DNA of 64,000 nt. It comes from Macrostomum lignano. Its lineage: Eukaryota. Positions 26,100 to 38,200 of this stretch are shown piece by piece. The stretch is from assembly GCA_002269645.1 (NCBI GenBank), contig NIVC01001242.1, positions 62,001-126,000 on the forward strand, written 5' to 3'. Made by a program: the position numbers and the translations under genes. Within the stretch, counting starts at the first letter, position 1; every line of letters begins with the position of its first letter. Under the pieces are notes generated by a model. The model was not told where the DNA came from. It saw nothing but the letters and a program-made list of their open reading frames with translations, and ran no database searches.

Positions 26100-27034
26100 G
26101 GCAGACAGACAGACAGACAGATAGGCAGACAGACAGACAACGATTTTCCAGACTAGCATTTAGAAATGTTTTTACTTTGTTTATTCTCTCTGTTGGTGTG
26201 TTTTACACTCTACATGATACTGTTACTGTATAACCAGTTACACAGTCAAATACAAATTTAGAGCATATATATACACCAGGGGTTGGAAACCTTTTTTACC
26301 TTAAGGGCCAAATATAGAACCTAGCTCTGAGTGCGGGCCAGACGAGGGGAAGAGAGGAGAGAGAAGACAGATAGGAGAAAGGACGTGAGGCGATAAAGGA
26401 GAAGAGAGGTGGGTTTTGTGAGATGGATTTTCTGAAAAATAAATATGCTCGTATTTGTTTAATTTTTCTTCACTGAAGATTACCTCTACTGTTTTATTGA
26501 ATTAAGCTGGTTTAATTTTATAATGCGATTCTTGTAATATGAGTTTCAAAAAAACATTTTTTGAAGTTTTAAGTTTTGATTTGCAGCAGGGTTCACCCAC
26601 CTGTGTAGCCGGGAACGCAGCTGCAGTGATACCAGGGGCTCGCGTCTGTCTCGCTGCAGGTGCCTCCGTTTTGGCAGGGACCGCCTGAGTCTGTTTGGCA
26701 GTACTTTATTCTATTAGTGCAATATTTACCAGTGTACGCCTCAGTGCACAGACACGGAGGAGTGCTTGACGTCACAGCACCCGGCCAGCAAATGCCGCCA
26801 TTCTTGCAGTCGCCCTCGCTGCAGGCGGCTCGCCTCGTCCGCGCCAATTCGTTGGCGTCCTCGTCAGAACCTTCAGATTGAAAATCAGAAGAAAATTTAT
26901 TTACAGTCATTTAAGCTTCCTTACAACCCCAACTCACCTGATGATAAATCTTCTGAAACCGAAGCACACGAAGCTCGATGCCAAGCCAGCGTCAGAACCA
27001 GAATTAATAACGGCAGCTGAGTTTTTAAAAACAT
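4303..27034 (-). CDS. crb: Gene A: Crumbs-like protein, about 1473 aa (SP, furin site, 15 EGF, LamG-EGF-LamG-EGF-EGF-LamG-EGF, TM, ~45-aa tail)
   Basis: 11 GT-AG exons with consistent phases and no internal stop found: 26938-27034, 26601-26870, 23756-23948, 21048-21392, 20574-20801, 17867-18312, 7733-9000, 6297-6871, 6086-6207, 4835-5557, 4303-4457 (4422 nt). Crumbs-type features: long-loop EGF CLERSNQALY...FSYALAAGFVCLC, and pre-LamG EGF CQNNATCEPLL...HGYRCTC...CNETTLASF. TM IIGIVAGVVVVAGIIVAIVLVA. Confidence 0.8.
4835..5557 (-). CDS. Gene A exon 10: LamG3, EGF, first part of TM
   Basis: ORF 4830-5489; cgccag|GT CGC completes GYE-C-RTTATF; FKGCLGNVRLNG LamG end; donor GTT G|GTTAGT. Confidence 0.88.
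6297..6871 (-). CDS. Gene A exon 8: LamG2 C-terminal half plus EGF start
   Basis: ORF 6293-6910; ttgcag|ATCGAT...TTT TC|GTAAGC; IIGGF...FRGII LamG strands. Confidence 0.88.
7733..9000 (-). CDS. Gene A exon 7: 3 EGF, LamG1, EGF, start of LamG2
   Basis: ORF 7715-9070; acceptor aaatcag|GTACC, donor ACG|GTGAGT; Ca-binding EGF motifs (DIDEC, INPNDC). Confidence 0.92.
9690..11031. repeat. 27-bp minisatellite (GTGGGGCTAAGCTACACAGGGTTGGAG), left arm
   Basis: About 50 tandem units visible; split by the LINE. Confidence 0.95.
11552..13071 (+). CDS. LINE ORF1 (Ala/Gly/Lys-rich nucleic-acid-binding protein)
   Basis: 465-aa ORF 11674-13071 directly upstream of ORF2. The ATG at 11552 lies in another frame and would join with one extra base near 11610. 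Confidence 0.7.
13095..16833 (+). CDS. LINE ORF2: AP endonuclease, reverse transcriptase, RNase H, CCHC knuckle (frameshift near 16480)
   Basis: QINLQH/QEPW/GGDLNAHH/SDHC (APE); SPGPDG, FRPISL, LDIVGAFD, GPQGG, YADD (RT); YTDGSK, SDSQAAL, WVPGHVGIRGNELAD (RNase H); CSFC...H...C lies in the frame of ORF 16033-16833. Confidence 0.92.
16935..17425. repeat. 27-bp minisatellite, right arm
   Basis: The same unit resumes at the TSD after the LINE tail. Confidence 0.95.
17867..18312 (-). CDS. Gene A exon 6: EGF repeats including the Crumbs-type long-loop (CLERS) EGF
   Basis: ttttcag|G TTC AGC TGC...CCC GAG G|GTGAGT; in frame with exon 7 (CLCPEG-TYGDTC). Confidence 0.88.
19100..20030. repeat. 25-bp CA-rich minisatellite (CAACCCCAAGCACCCAACAACAACC)
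   Basis: Tandem imperfect units in gene A intron 5. Confidence 0.9.
22320..22790. repeat. 25-bp minisatellite (CAACCCATCCTCAAGCACTCAACTA), variant of the 19.1-20.0 kb array
   Basis: Highly homogeneous tandem units in gene A intron 3. Confidence 0.9.
23222..23260 (-). pseudogene. Degenerate remnant of the 3' end of gene A exon 5 with its donor context
   Basis: tttgagccactcac...agtttccgtcactgcagacgccaccg matches 20560-20605. Confidence 0.55.
23600..23741 (+). mobile_element. 5'-truncated LINE 3' end (family of the 40118-42190 copy)
   Basis: cagcaccagctg...ccaggggttag.gaaatggg...ccccctgcagctgagtcaagtcaa aligns with the reverse complement of 40118-40240. Confidence 0.65.
24190..25215. repeat. 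21-bp minisatellite (GATGGGTTCTGTGAGATGATG)
   Basis: About 48 tandem units in gene A intron 2. Confidence 0.95.
26010..26140. repeat. (GACA)n microsatellite
   Basis: Direct reading. Confidence 0.95.
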
Positions 27035-27809
27035 TCTAGACCGAGCACAGAGCCGAGGCTTAATCTAGTTTGAGGTGTTCACCAATTTGAGAAGCATGAA
27101 AAACAAATTTAAGCAAATTTAAAGCAATTGAAATAGAAGAAATTAGTATAGCTGTGCTGAATATGCTACTTATGAGATGGTGAATAGTAAAATAAGAATC
27201 AGATTTTAGTATATAGGATTTACCATACTAGTTATAAAAAAAGTCTTTAAAAACAGTCGCAGGTATATTTTCATTTCAAGCAGCCGACTCGGGCTCAAGC
27301 AAAATAGAAATTTTTCAACGCTAAAACATTGAATTATTTTATAAATACTAAAAATAAAAAATGCACATTGAAAAATATTTGACTTTTGTTAGTGAAGATA
27401 AGCTGTTTTAAGCTGATTTTTTTAATTTTAAGGTCGAAAATCTTTGTCAGACAATTTAGAACTTTGGCTGCTACTTATAGAGATTTTGAGTAGTCAGGTA
27501 AGGCTTTTACAAGTATAAAGTTTTTTAGTTAAGAAAAAGTCTGGATTATATGTTTTTTAGAAACTAAAAATATTCCAATTCTGAGTTTGGTCTCCTAGAC
27601 TTGCAGCAGCACGGCAGTTGACCCTGAAAATGCAGAAAAAAAGCTAAAACGTTAGTTTAGTAGAGCTTTATTGATTTTAACAAGCAAAATCTAATGCTTA
27701 ATGATACAGTGAGCACTTCGTTTTAGGTTTCCGAATGTCTAAAAGTTCAAGCATTTACTTTATTACACCTACACTTTACACGACCTAAACTTCATATCAC
27801 CTGAACATA

Positions 27810-28200
27810 ATAACACCTGAACTTCATAACATCTGAACTTCATAACACGCGAACTTCATAACACGTGAACTTCATAACACGTGAACTTCATAACACGTAA
27901 GCTTCATAACACGTGAACTTCATAACACGTAAGCTTCATAACACGTGAACTTCATAACACGTGAACTTCATAACAACTGAACTTCATAACACCTGAACTT
28001 CATAATTCACCTGAAATTCATAACACGTGAACTTCATAACACCTAAATTTCATAACACCTAAAAATGAACTAAATTTTATAACACCTACGTTGCAAAAAC
28101 ACTTAAACGTCATAACACCTAAACTTCATAACAACTAAACTTTATAACACATTAAACTTCATGACAGCTAAACATCAAAGCACCTAAATTTCACAATGCC
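27810..28200. repeat. 16-bp minisatellite (GAACTTCATAACACGT)
   Basis: Tandem units between genes B and A; a degenerate copy lies at about 690-760. Confidence 0.85.
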
Positions 28201-28308
28201 TAAAATTCATTAGTCAGTGCTGAGACTTGTAAATAAAAATGACTAACTTCCTTTAACGACAAAAGCATTCGCGTTAAATTAACACAAGTCTTTTAAACAT
28301 TGAAAAAT

Positions 28309-31183
28309 TTAGGCTTTGTGAAAGCACTCTGAAAAATAGGCATCAATGCGCATTCTTCTCACAGTTCGATAGACCGCAGTGAAGACGGCAGGCGCCACAA
28401 CCGACAGCACCACGATGAGCAGTGCTCCGAGGGCGACACCAAGCACAATGGTGACAGCGCTAGAGATGCCAGTGTCAGAGTCTGGCGGTTTGATCTCGGG
28501 GTACCGGCGAATGTCTGACATAAGTGCAGTTGATTTGTGAAATTGAGAACTCATCGTAGCTGTTTATTTTATTATTTTGTAAGTACATGCATGAATAACA
28601 TGTCCAATCAGTGACTTGTACGGTGATAAACACATAAATAACTTTTTTTAAGTTCTTTGACAACCTGACATCACAATATGATACCCTCACACTTAGAGGG
28701 CGCCAATATGACACTCTGACATCATGTTCAACCCGTTGTTAAACATTTCAACACCTCTATACCTAATTAGACACTCAGATACCCAATTAGACACTCCAAT
28801 ACCCAAATAGACACCCCGACACCCGATACCCAGTTAGACACTCCAATACCCAATTAGACACCCCGATACCCAATTAGACACCCCGATACCCAATTAGACA
28901 CTCCAATACCCAAATAGACACCCCGACACCCGATACCCAGTTAGACACTCCAATACCCAATTAGACACCCCGATACCCAATTAGACACCCCGATACCCAA
29001 TTAGACACCCCGATACCCAATTAGACACCCCGATACCCAATTAGACACCCCGATACCCAATTAGACACCCCGATACCCAATTAGACACTCCAATACCCAA
29101 ATAGACACCCCGACACCCGATACCCAGTTAGACACTCCAATACCCAATTAGACACCCCGATACCCAATTAGACACCCCGATACCCAATTAGACACCCCGA
29201 TACCCAATTAGACACCCCGATACCCAATTAGACACCCCGATACCCAATTAGACACCCCGATACCCAATTAGACACCCCGATACCCAATTAGACACCCAGA
29301 TACTTAATTAGACACCCAGATACTTAATTAGACACCCAGATACTTAATTAGACACTTCAATACCCAATTAGACACCCCGATACCCAATTAGATACTCCGA
29401 TACCCAATTAGATACTCCGATACCCAGTTAGACACTCCAATACCCAACTAGCCAACCCGATACATAATCAGATACCCCAGTACCTAATAAGACGCTCTGA
29501 CACCTCTGACACCCAAGCTGACACCTTTCTCTCCTTATTTAAAATGCCTGTCACTGCCTGACACTGGATGGAATCTCTACAGCCGATATCAAAACCTGCC
29601 GCCCAAGTTGGCGCAGTGCATTCACTATAGGGATATCATATGTTTTTGGTCACCCTCTTCGAAAATACAGAATAAACTACGCTACTATGTATCGAATTTT
29701 TGCACTGTTACGGTTTAACAGTCTTAAATTTATTTCTGAACATTGATAGAAATTCAAACCATAGGTTTTGCCAAAGAATGGACAGGTGAACATCCTGCTC
29801 CCAATGGTGCAGTGAACATTAGCAATGTTATCTGACGGTCAATCCTATATCCTAAAAATGAGTTGTCTGTGTGTATGTATGTATTCTAACCTAAAAATGA
29901 TAGCTACATATTATTCTTACTTATCATTCTAGCCCTTGAAGCCCCTGGTGCTGGCGCCCCTGGAGCTGGCGCCCCTGGTGCTAAAGCCCCTGGTGCTAAA
30001 GCCCCTGGTGCTAAAGCCCCTGGTGCTAAAGCCCCTGGTGCTGGCGCCCCTGGTGCTAAAGCCCCTGGTGCTAAAGCCCCTTGTGCTAAAGCCTCTGGTG
30101 CAAAATTCCCTAATGAAAGATCCTGGTAAATTCCCTGGTACGAGTAGACTGAAGAAAAGACTGAATGAGCCGAAGACATTGCACTGTAACAGGCAAGCAA
30201 AACAAATTCCCTAACCAGCCGAGCAAGCCTTGTCACCAGTCGGACACAAGCAGACAAATCCAGAAGCCAAGGAATAGCTGAAAGTTTCATTGAAAGGCCA
30301 CGGCAGATCGGACCTGCCGTACAGAGTCCGGTTGCTCCGCTCCAGACAGAGCGCTCCTTGGCCTCCCTTGGTGCAAGGATTTGGCGAGCAGTCGGCAACG
30401 TCCAATTCGCAGCGTTGGCCTAAAAATTGTCGGTTTGGCGAATCAGTGGATTCTTATGGATTGAAACCGCATTATTTAAAGTAATGACGAATACATATAT
30501 TTACCATAGTAACCAGCATGGCAGTTGCATTTGGTTGCGGCAGAGGTGGGACACTGGCCACCGTTTTCACACTTGCAACCTGTGAAAAAGTGTGTGTTTT
30601 TAAATGACTAAAAGTGAATAAAAATTTAGCTCCTCATTAAAGGTTCTATACGTATACAACTTAGATAAAAAGTTGTTATATATTTTCATTACACCGGCCC
30701 TAAATTGGGCCAGATGTGCAACCGACAGCTCAGCCGCAGCTATTGCGCGGCGCATCTGAAGGCTGCTAACGGCTGTTCAGTCCAAGGACTGGGTGATCGC
30801 CACACACAGCCTCAATTACCCCAGCTAATGCTGGCACCCATTTTACAGCTGGGTGAACTGAAGCAATGCAAAGTTAAGTGTCTTTCTTAAGGACACAAGA
30901 TGTTCATAGTAGGTCGAGAATCGAACCCCAGACCTCGCAGTCGTGAGTCCGACTCTCTAACTTACTAGTCTAAAAGCCTTATTTACCTCCTAAAAATATC
31001 CCCTGAAAATGCTGCAAACCATAAATACACAATAACCAAAAAGAAACCAAAAATCTGAATAAAGTAAAACAGTCTTCTTTTGTATGCACTAAAACAAAGC
31101 TTATGAAGCTTACCTCCAGTCGTCTTTGCAGCGGAAGAACCCAACGCAAGCAACGCAGTTGATAAAACCACAGGGAACCACAT
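28309..31183 (-). CDS. Gene B: minimal 184-aa single-pass protein (SP, EGF, CLERS-type EGF, TM, short tail)
   Basis: Exons 31114-31183 (MWFPVVLSTALLALGSSAAKTTG), 30505-30579 (CKCENGGQC...CNCHAGYY), 30216-30419 (CLERSNRTLY...GFVCLCPTGDKAC), 28309-28514 (TM VTIVLGVALGALLIVVLSVVAPAVFTAVY; tail RTVRRMRIDAYFSECFHKA*); all phase 1. Confidence 0.75.
28770..29500. repeat. 20-bp minisatellite (GATACCCAATTAGACACCCC)
   Basis: Tandem units with higher-order duplication in gene B intron 3. Confidence 0.92.
29938..30105. repeat. 15-bp minisatellite (GCCCCTGGTGCTAAA/GGC)
   Basis: Same family as 34720-35100, opposite orientation. Confidence 0.85.
30690..30968 (-). mobile_element. tRNA-derived SINE relic
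   Basis: Minus-strand head with B-box GGTTCGATTCT; body matches the widespread SINE motif tgtgtccttaagaaagacact...cccagctgtaaaatgggtgccagc. Confidence 0.55.
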
Positions 31184-32265
31184 GCTGTTTAAATACAAAA
31201 ATGGGTCTCTTTAACTTTATATGACCCTTTTCATTGGCTTGACGGCTTGTCTCTGCTCACATCATATCTGGAATAATTAGGAAATTCGCCTTAGAGCACT
31301 AAACTTCTGATAAATACTTTCATGATAAAATTAATGAGGCTAATCTGATAAGTAGTATTAGAAGCGCAACACTAATAATTCTAATCTAAAAAATAAGATC
31401 TAGTATAAGTATAACAACAATTTAACAAATAGCACTCAAAAAATAACAAGGCTTAAAATAGAAGGTATTCAAAGTATTCCAACGAAAATTTAAATATTTC
31501 ATTAAAAATATGCAATATACAAATAATGTTAGATATCTAAGGAATACACATTTAGATGAAAAGCAGAAAAGTTTAAATCCGCTTAGAAACAAGTAATTTT
31601 TTGTTTCAGCACAAACAATTCTCCGATATGTACTTGTATGCGTCACGTGACTAAGTGACACTATGACTACGTTCGGTTGAAGAAGATAAAATAGATAAAA
31701 TATCACAGATAAACAAGTAAGTAAATTTACCTAAAATCGCATTGATTTCGTTCATCTATTGTATAATATTTCTCGTTGTTCAAAAAGTTCTGTGTATTGA
31801 AGCATAGCTTGGCATAGCTACTCAAGTCATTTTCTGTCTGTGCAATAAAGACTTTCCAACAACACCCATGGCTGACTTCAAATTGCACCACAAGGCAATT
31901 TTTCAAGACACAAACATCAAGTCATGGGTTCGGGAATTCTTCCGTATCGGGGACCATATTCCTGGACTTCGGGCCATGCAGGGGTCCATGCAAGGCCAGC
32001 GCTTCGGCATCGGGGAGGAGGTGAGCTGGGTAGAAGTGCGTGGAGGGCTGGGGTGCATAGCTACTACGAGTAAATATGCAAAATAATAAGTTTATGAAGT
32101 TTTGTGTTTTGCTGTTTATCGTTTTAAACTACTGAACTTGTTAAAGGAGATTGTTGTGATAGCCAAGTCAGGGTAATTCTGTACATTATGTCTCGAATCT
32201 AGATTAAAAATGCACAGTCAACTTTCGCATAATCGTACATGTATTATCACGTTTAGAAGTCTTTG

Positions 32266-35200
32266 TTAAAATTTTTCAAGTTTTGCGAAACTGTTCACAT
32301 CAATCTTGGTAGGCAATGCAGCGTTGGTTTGTTGCTGCTGTCCCAGCGGCTGCGGCTGTTGGGCTGGTACTGAGCTGTCATTCTCAATGGTGTCATATAC
32401 AGTCTCCGACTCTTCACTTGTACCAGGTGACTGTGGAATTAAGAGAATTGCAAATAAAGCCTTCTAATAAACTTGATAAATACACTTATTCTGTAGAATA
32501 AACGTGCATTAAACTAATTAAATAAATACATAATAGTAAGTTCGTAACTTAAATACTTACAGTAGTCTGTAGTGGTTTTTTGTTTCGAATTGGCAAAGCC
32601 GGCGGTTGTTGTTGCTGCTTTTTCTTCGACCCCGGCTTTGGCGGCTTTGCTGGCGCCTTTTTCTGAGAATTGCGTAATAGAAAGTCGGTACGCAATCAGC
32701 TTAGGCCATATTCAAATACACAAAATACTTGAAGACACAAACTGAGACACTCACACGGACACAGACTGGGACACACACTCAGACACAAACTGGGACACCC
32801 ACTCAGACACAAACTGAGACACTCACACAGACAAAAACAAACTGAGACACTCACACAGACACAAACTGAGACACTCACACAGACACAAACTGAGACACAC
32901 TCACACAGACACAAACTGAGACACACTCACACGGACAGAAACTGAGACACTCACACAGACACAAACTGAGACACTCACACAGACACAAACTGAGACACTC
33001 ACACAGACACAAACTGAGACACTCACACAGACACAAACTGATCAGACACTCACACAGACACAAACTGAGACACTCACACAGACACAACTGAGACACTCAC
33101 AGTCGCAATCTCTAACACTCAGAATACAGTGTTCAGCTTACATTGGACTCAGCTCGTCTGAGATTCATTTGATCAATATTAGACGGCCCCGCACCGGATG
33201 CCAGACACGGTAACGAACCCGCGGCACCAGCTGTGTTCTCCAGAACTGCTTTGGTCTTCACTTCAGAGGTAGAATTCGTTTTTTCTAATTTTTCAGTTCT
33301 TCCATTTTCAGGCCCATGCAAAGGGACATCAGCCACCATATAAACTTCGTTTGTATCGTCAGGTTCTGCGTCCTCTTGAACGGCTTCAAGTGCGATGGAT
33401 CTCTGCTGCTTTAAAAAAAAGAATTTCTATTTTGCGATGGAATCTTCAAGCATAATTACTTAATAGCAGACACTTTCACTAACTAACCTGAACTGCAAAG
33501 GGTTCTATTTGTTCAGGTGTAGCCTGTTGGGTATTTGCATTTGGTGCTTCGTAGGTTTCATCGTGATCGGCCTGCATGATCACAAAGTTAAGATTGAGAC
33601 AGAGTTGAAAATGCATAAATACGATTGCAAGCGACCCCAGAAATAACGTTCATACATACCGAATTTCCAACATCAGCAGCAGCTACGTCCGGAGCGACGT
33701 AGATCGACTGGAAAAAGTTCAAATACGAATTTCGACCTTTATCACGTGATTTTAACAAAAAATTAATGGATTATTTCTTCTCAAACAAGAGAGTTACAGT
33801 CTAGACTTCTACTAATAGCTACTACAAAATGCTTTTTAAAACGAAGCGAATTCACTATGCTAAGTTATAACCCCGCCATACTATCAACCAACGAATGCTG
33901 ATTTCAAATAATTAAGCCAGCAACGATCCAATCGCTGAATTCAATTTTGTTTTGCATAAAAACAAAAAAACTCTCCTAGGTGAATATCGATACTTCAATA
34001 CTTTTTTGATAAAGAAATTAAAGAAAACTACATTTCTATTTGGGATTCAGAGGACATTTGTTGATTTGTTTAAATAATTCAAAAAATTATAGCTGTTTTA
34101 GGAGCTTATATATCTAACGACTTAAGAGGTTATAACCACAGAAACTAAATACCCATAAAATTAAAAGGTACTTAGTACCTGTGGTTACAACCCTACAAGG
34201 AAGCTTTTCAAGCTAAACTGTTTGGCCAATATATACCTGTTTTGGTTTGAGTACCTGGTCCGGCACAATGTTGAGTTAACTACATGCATGGCAGTTGGCA
34301 TCAATGTTATCAGGTACGAGTATGTTCCTAACATTAATAATCATACAAAGTAGGTCTGTCAGTTGTAAATACCTAACTACTTTGATAAATAAAAAATAAC
34401 CACAAGTAACAAAAAACTGCTTACAGACTCTCGAGTTTCCTCAGACGCATTGACATTCTGACTTGACCCCGTATACCGAGGGTTCTGAGTCATGTCCACA
34501 TAAGTGCACCGACTGTCAGTAGAGACTGCATTACCGTTGCGGTTGTCGGATGCGCCTGCGACGGACGAGCTTCCAGACGGCTTGGGCTCATGATGCACGT
34601 CTCCAGCCGCATTTTGACTGTGAGAAGCCTACATAAAAATGCGGTGAAAATACGATATCGAAAATTCTAAGCAATATAAAATAAAACGGCTTAAAATTGC
34701 AATAGGTTTGTGGAGCTTCAGCACCAGGGGCTTTAGCACCAGGGGCTTGGGCTTTAGCACCAGGGGCGCCAGCACCAGGGGCGCCAGCACCAGGGGCGCC
34801 AGCACCAGGGGCGCCAGCACCAGGGGCGCCAGCACCAGGGGCGCCAGCACCAGGGGCGCCAGCACCAGGGGCGCCAGCACCAGGGGCGCCAGCACCAGGG
34901 GCGCCAGCACCAGGGGCGCCAGCACCAGGGGCGCTAGCACCAGGGGCGCCAGCACCAGGGGCGCCAGCACCAGGGGCGCCAGCACCAGGGGCGCCAGCAC
35001 CAGTGGCTTTAGCACCAGGGGCGCCAGCACCAGGGGCGCCAGCACCAGGGGCGCCAGCACCAGGGGCGCCAGCACCAGGGGCGCCAGCACCAGGGGCTTT
35101 AAGCCTCAAATAAATATATCCGAGTATGGAATCAAACTAGGGATTGTGGGTGGCCGGCTTCACAGCTCATTCAAAACGGTGCTCACCTCATCAATGTAGT

Positions 35201-38200
35201 CAGCATCTCGTCGGCTAAAGCAACCAAGAGAAATCATTTTCTAAAATCAAGAAATTATAAATGATATTAATGGAATTCATATGAACACTTTCAGAACATA
35301 AAATATGATAGCTGGTCAGGATTTAGAATTTATACTCACGTGTTTATAAGCACCGAGCACTGCAAGAATAATGATGATGGCTAGCAGTGCACAGGCAGCA
35401 AATCCAGCCGCTGCTCCAATGCCAATTCCCATGTGTCTCTCTTTCAGTAGTTCTACAATCGATTATAAATGCATGTAAGTTGATTGGTTATTGATAGTTT
35501 AGGATTGCGTAGCCCTGAAGTGAGGCGCTTGAAAAACTAGCTAATTGTCTCAAAGGTGATTTAATAAATGAGCTGGTTACAAACTTTACTAATGTCTGTA
35601 TTTAGCTATATTGTTTTACCGATTTCTCAGGCAATATAAATAAAATGAGCAATTGCTCAAACTCAACGAAACTATCTATTCAGTAAGAATAGTAAGACTG
35701 GTTGCATCTTGGGCGAATGAGCTCTGTGATTGAGTATAGAGACTCGCAGCAGTATAGAATAAACTGTGGTCATAGACAATTTTTTTAAGCATTTGCTTGT
35801 ATTTTCTTGAGCAAAGCAAAGCAAATGAATTTTTAAACCATTTTATGTCTATGGTTTTATGCGAATGAACAACTGATCGGGTGGTTGAGAGTTCGCTCCA
35901 AGTTTGAGATAAATATTTATTGAAAAGATATTTGAGCGGTTGCTCAAACTGAGCTATTTCTTAGAATGTAAGCGATTAGAAGCGAGGTAGAGTTAGACTA
36001 AACTTTTGGTTAAGCCTGCTACAATTAGTTTTCCTCTGAGACAGGGACACCTAGACTAGAAAGGGTAAGGTCTTAACAAGAGAGGGAAGGGAGTGGTATA
36101 GGGAAACGATGGCTTGAGAACCGCCTTCTGGACCTGTCTATGGCCAAGAGGTGATGAACGGCGGCAACTCAAAATGACGAGCATTTATACTCAGCGTTTG
36201 AAAAAAAAACTTTGTCATATTTACTTTGAGCAACTGGCCCAACTCAGACCTCGTGAGTTATTTCTCAATATGAGTCTTGGCTGTTTACACAAAGACAATC
36301 TTTAGTCATTATATTCATTTAGCGACAAAACAATTAATAACTTATTGCGCAAGTACATTATGCTCATAGCCTAACATTTGTTTTAAAACAGTATTTTATG
36401 ACCATGTAAAAAGCAAGAACTTCATCATAAAAATACTCCTATCTTTTAGCATAGGCATTTCAGTGTTAGCCTGTTATAAAAAAGTATCGAGTAGCTTATA
36501 TTCTCATATGCTCACAGGGGTGTGTAGCGGCCCTGATTTTCTAATTATCAGGCATTCACTCTCTACCCCTTAGTGGCAGTGGTGGATTTAGGGGGGGGGG
36601 GGGGCGCCGCCCCCTTATGGCTTGCAATGATGGGCTCCCATTTCCTTTGAACTAAAATAGGTCCTCATTGCACCCAGTTTGCTCAGCATGGCGCCACTCT
36701 AGTGTACATTATGGCGCCACTCTAGTGTACATTATGGCGCAACTCTAGTGTATATTATGGCGCCACTCTAGTGTATATTATGGCGCCACTCTAGTGTATA
36801 ATATGGCGCAACTCTAGTGTATATTATGGCGCCACTCTAGTGTACATTATGGCGCCACTCTAGTGTATATTATGGCGCCTCTCTAGTGTATATTATGGCG
36901 CCACTCTATTATATATTATGGCGCCACTTTAGTGTACATTATGGCGCCCCTTTAGTGTACATTATGGCGAGACTCTAGTGTATATTATGGCGCCCCTCTA
37001 GTGTATACTATAGCGTCTCTCTAGTGAATATTATGGCGCCTCTCTACTGTATACTATGGTGCCCCTCTTGTGTATATTATAGCGCCACTCTAGTGTATAT
37101 TATGGCGCCCCTCTAGTGTAAATTATAGCGCCACTCTAGTGTATATTATGGCGCCCCTCTTGTGTATATTATAGCGCCACTCTAGTGTATAATTTGGCGC
37201 CCCCCACTCTTTTGGTTAAAATCCGCCTCCCCCAGTTTATATTTCTGAATCCGCCTCTGCTTGGTTTAGCAGCGGTACCCAGCACTCACCGCTGCCGTAG
37301 CCCTTGTCGCACACGTATCCAGCCGCCAGCGAGTACCGAAACTGGCCATTGAACGGAGCTGGCAGAGACGGAATGCCGTACAGACTTCGATTGCTTCGCT
37401 CGAGGCAGGCTGAATTCGCGGGGCACGGGTTGGGAATGCAGTCGGGATGATCGATGGAGCAGTTTCTGCCGGAGAAGCCTGCCAGGCATTGACAGGTGAA
37501 ATTTCTCAGGCCGTCAACGCAGGTGCCGTTGTTCACGCAGGGATTCGGCTGGCAGTCGTTAATCGGATTAGTGCAGTTGGGACCAGAGAAGTCCGTTTTG
37601 GAGCAGTTGCAGGTGTACCTATAGTTTAATTAGAAATAAATTACAGGAAAATTAGAGTTGCTCTTGTCAGTTTAACAATGTGAGAACAGTGATTGTTCAG
37701 TATGCAGTTTTGATGCATTATGAAATTTGAAAAATATGGAAAACGAGGAATTGAACAAACTGCCTTTCATTTTTTTGACCAAATAACCAGCTTATTTGTT
37801 CATTAGAGGCAGAGGCTGTGGGCCCCCTATCGCACTTTAAGCAACATTGTCACACAACCGGCAAGAGGCAATTACTGCCCATTCCGTCAACTCCCCTGAG
37901 CAGGAACACGCACACAGACGCACTCACACAGGGCCTTCGGAGTTGGCATTCAAGACCGTTAATTGCACGAGCAGAGCCAAGCCGAGATTCCAATTTAGCC
38001 CCGAATTAATTTGGCTGCACTTGGAATCAAGCCTGGGTCGCTGGCACATCAAAGCGCCGCGCTAGACCGCTACGCCCCCGTACGTACCAAATGACCTGGA
38101 ATTTGACTCACGTTGAGTTTCCATCAATGCATTCGCCTCCATTCTTGCACAGCCCAGTTTGGCAGTCATTGACATTTGTAGCACAAGAAGCGCCAGTCCA

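Noticed and set aside
4303-27034. Notch or Delta/Serrate identity for gene A
   Set aside because: No LNR, ankyrin or DSL domain; the three LamG domains and the long-loop EGF fit Crumbs.
34588-35109. GAPGA elastin/silk-like ORF on the gene strand
   Set aside because: Out of frame with the flanking gene C exons; intron retention hits a stop; the same repeat occurs inverted at 29.9 kb.
37805-38078. tRNA gene (also 30900-30968 and 18715-18740)
   Set aside because: A/B-box-like motifs only; no complete cloverleaf; better explained as SINE heads.
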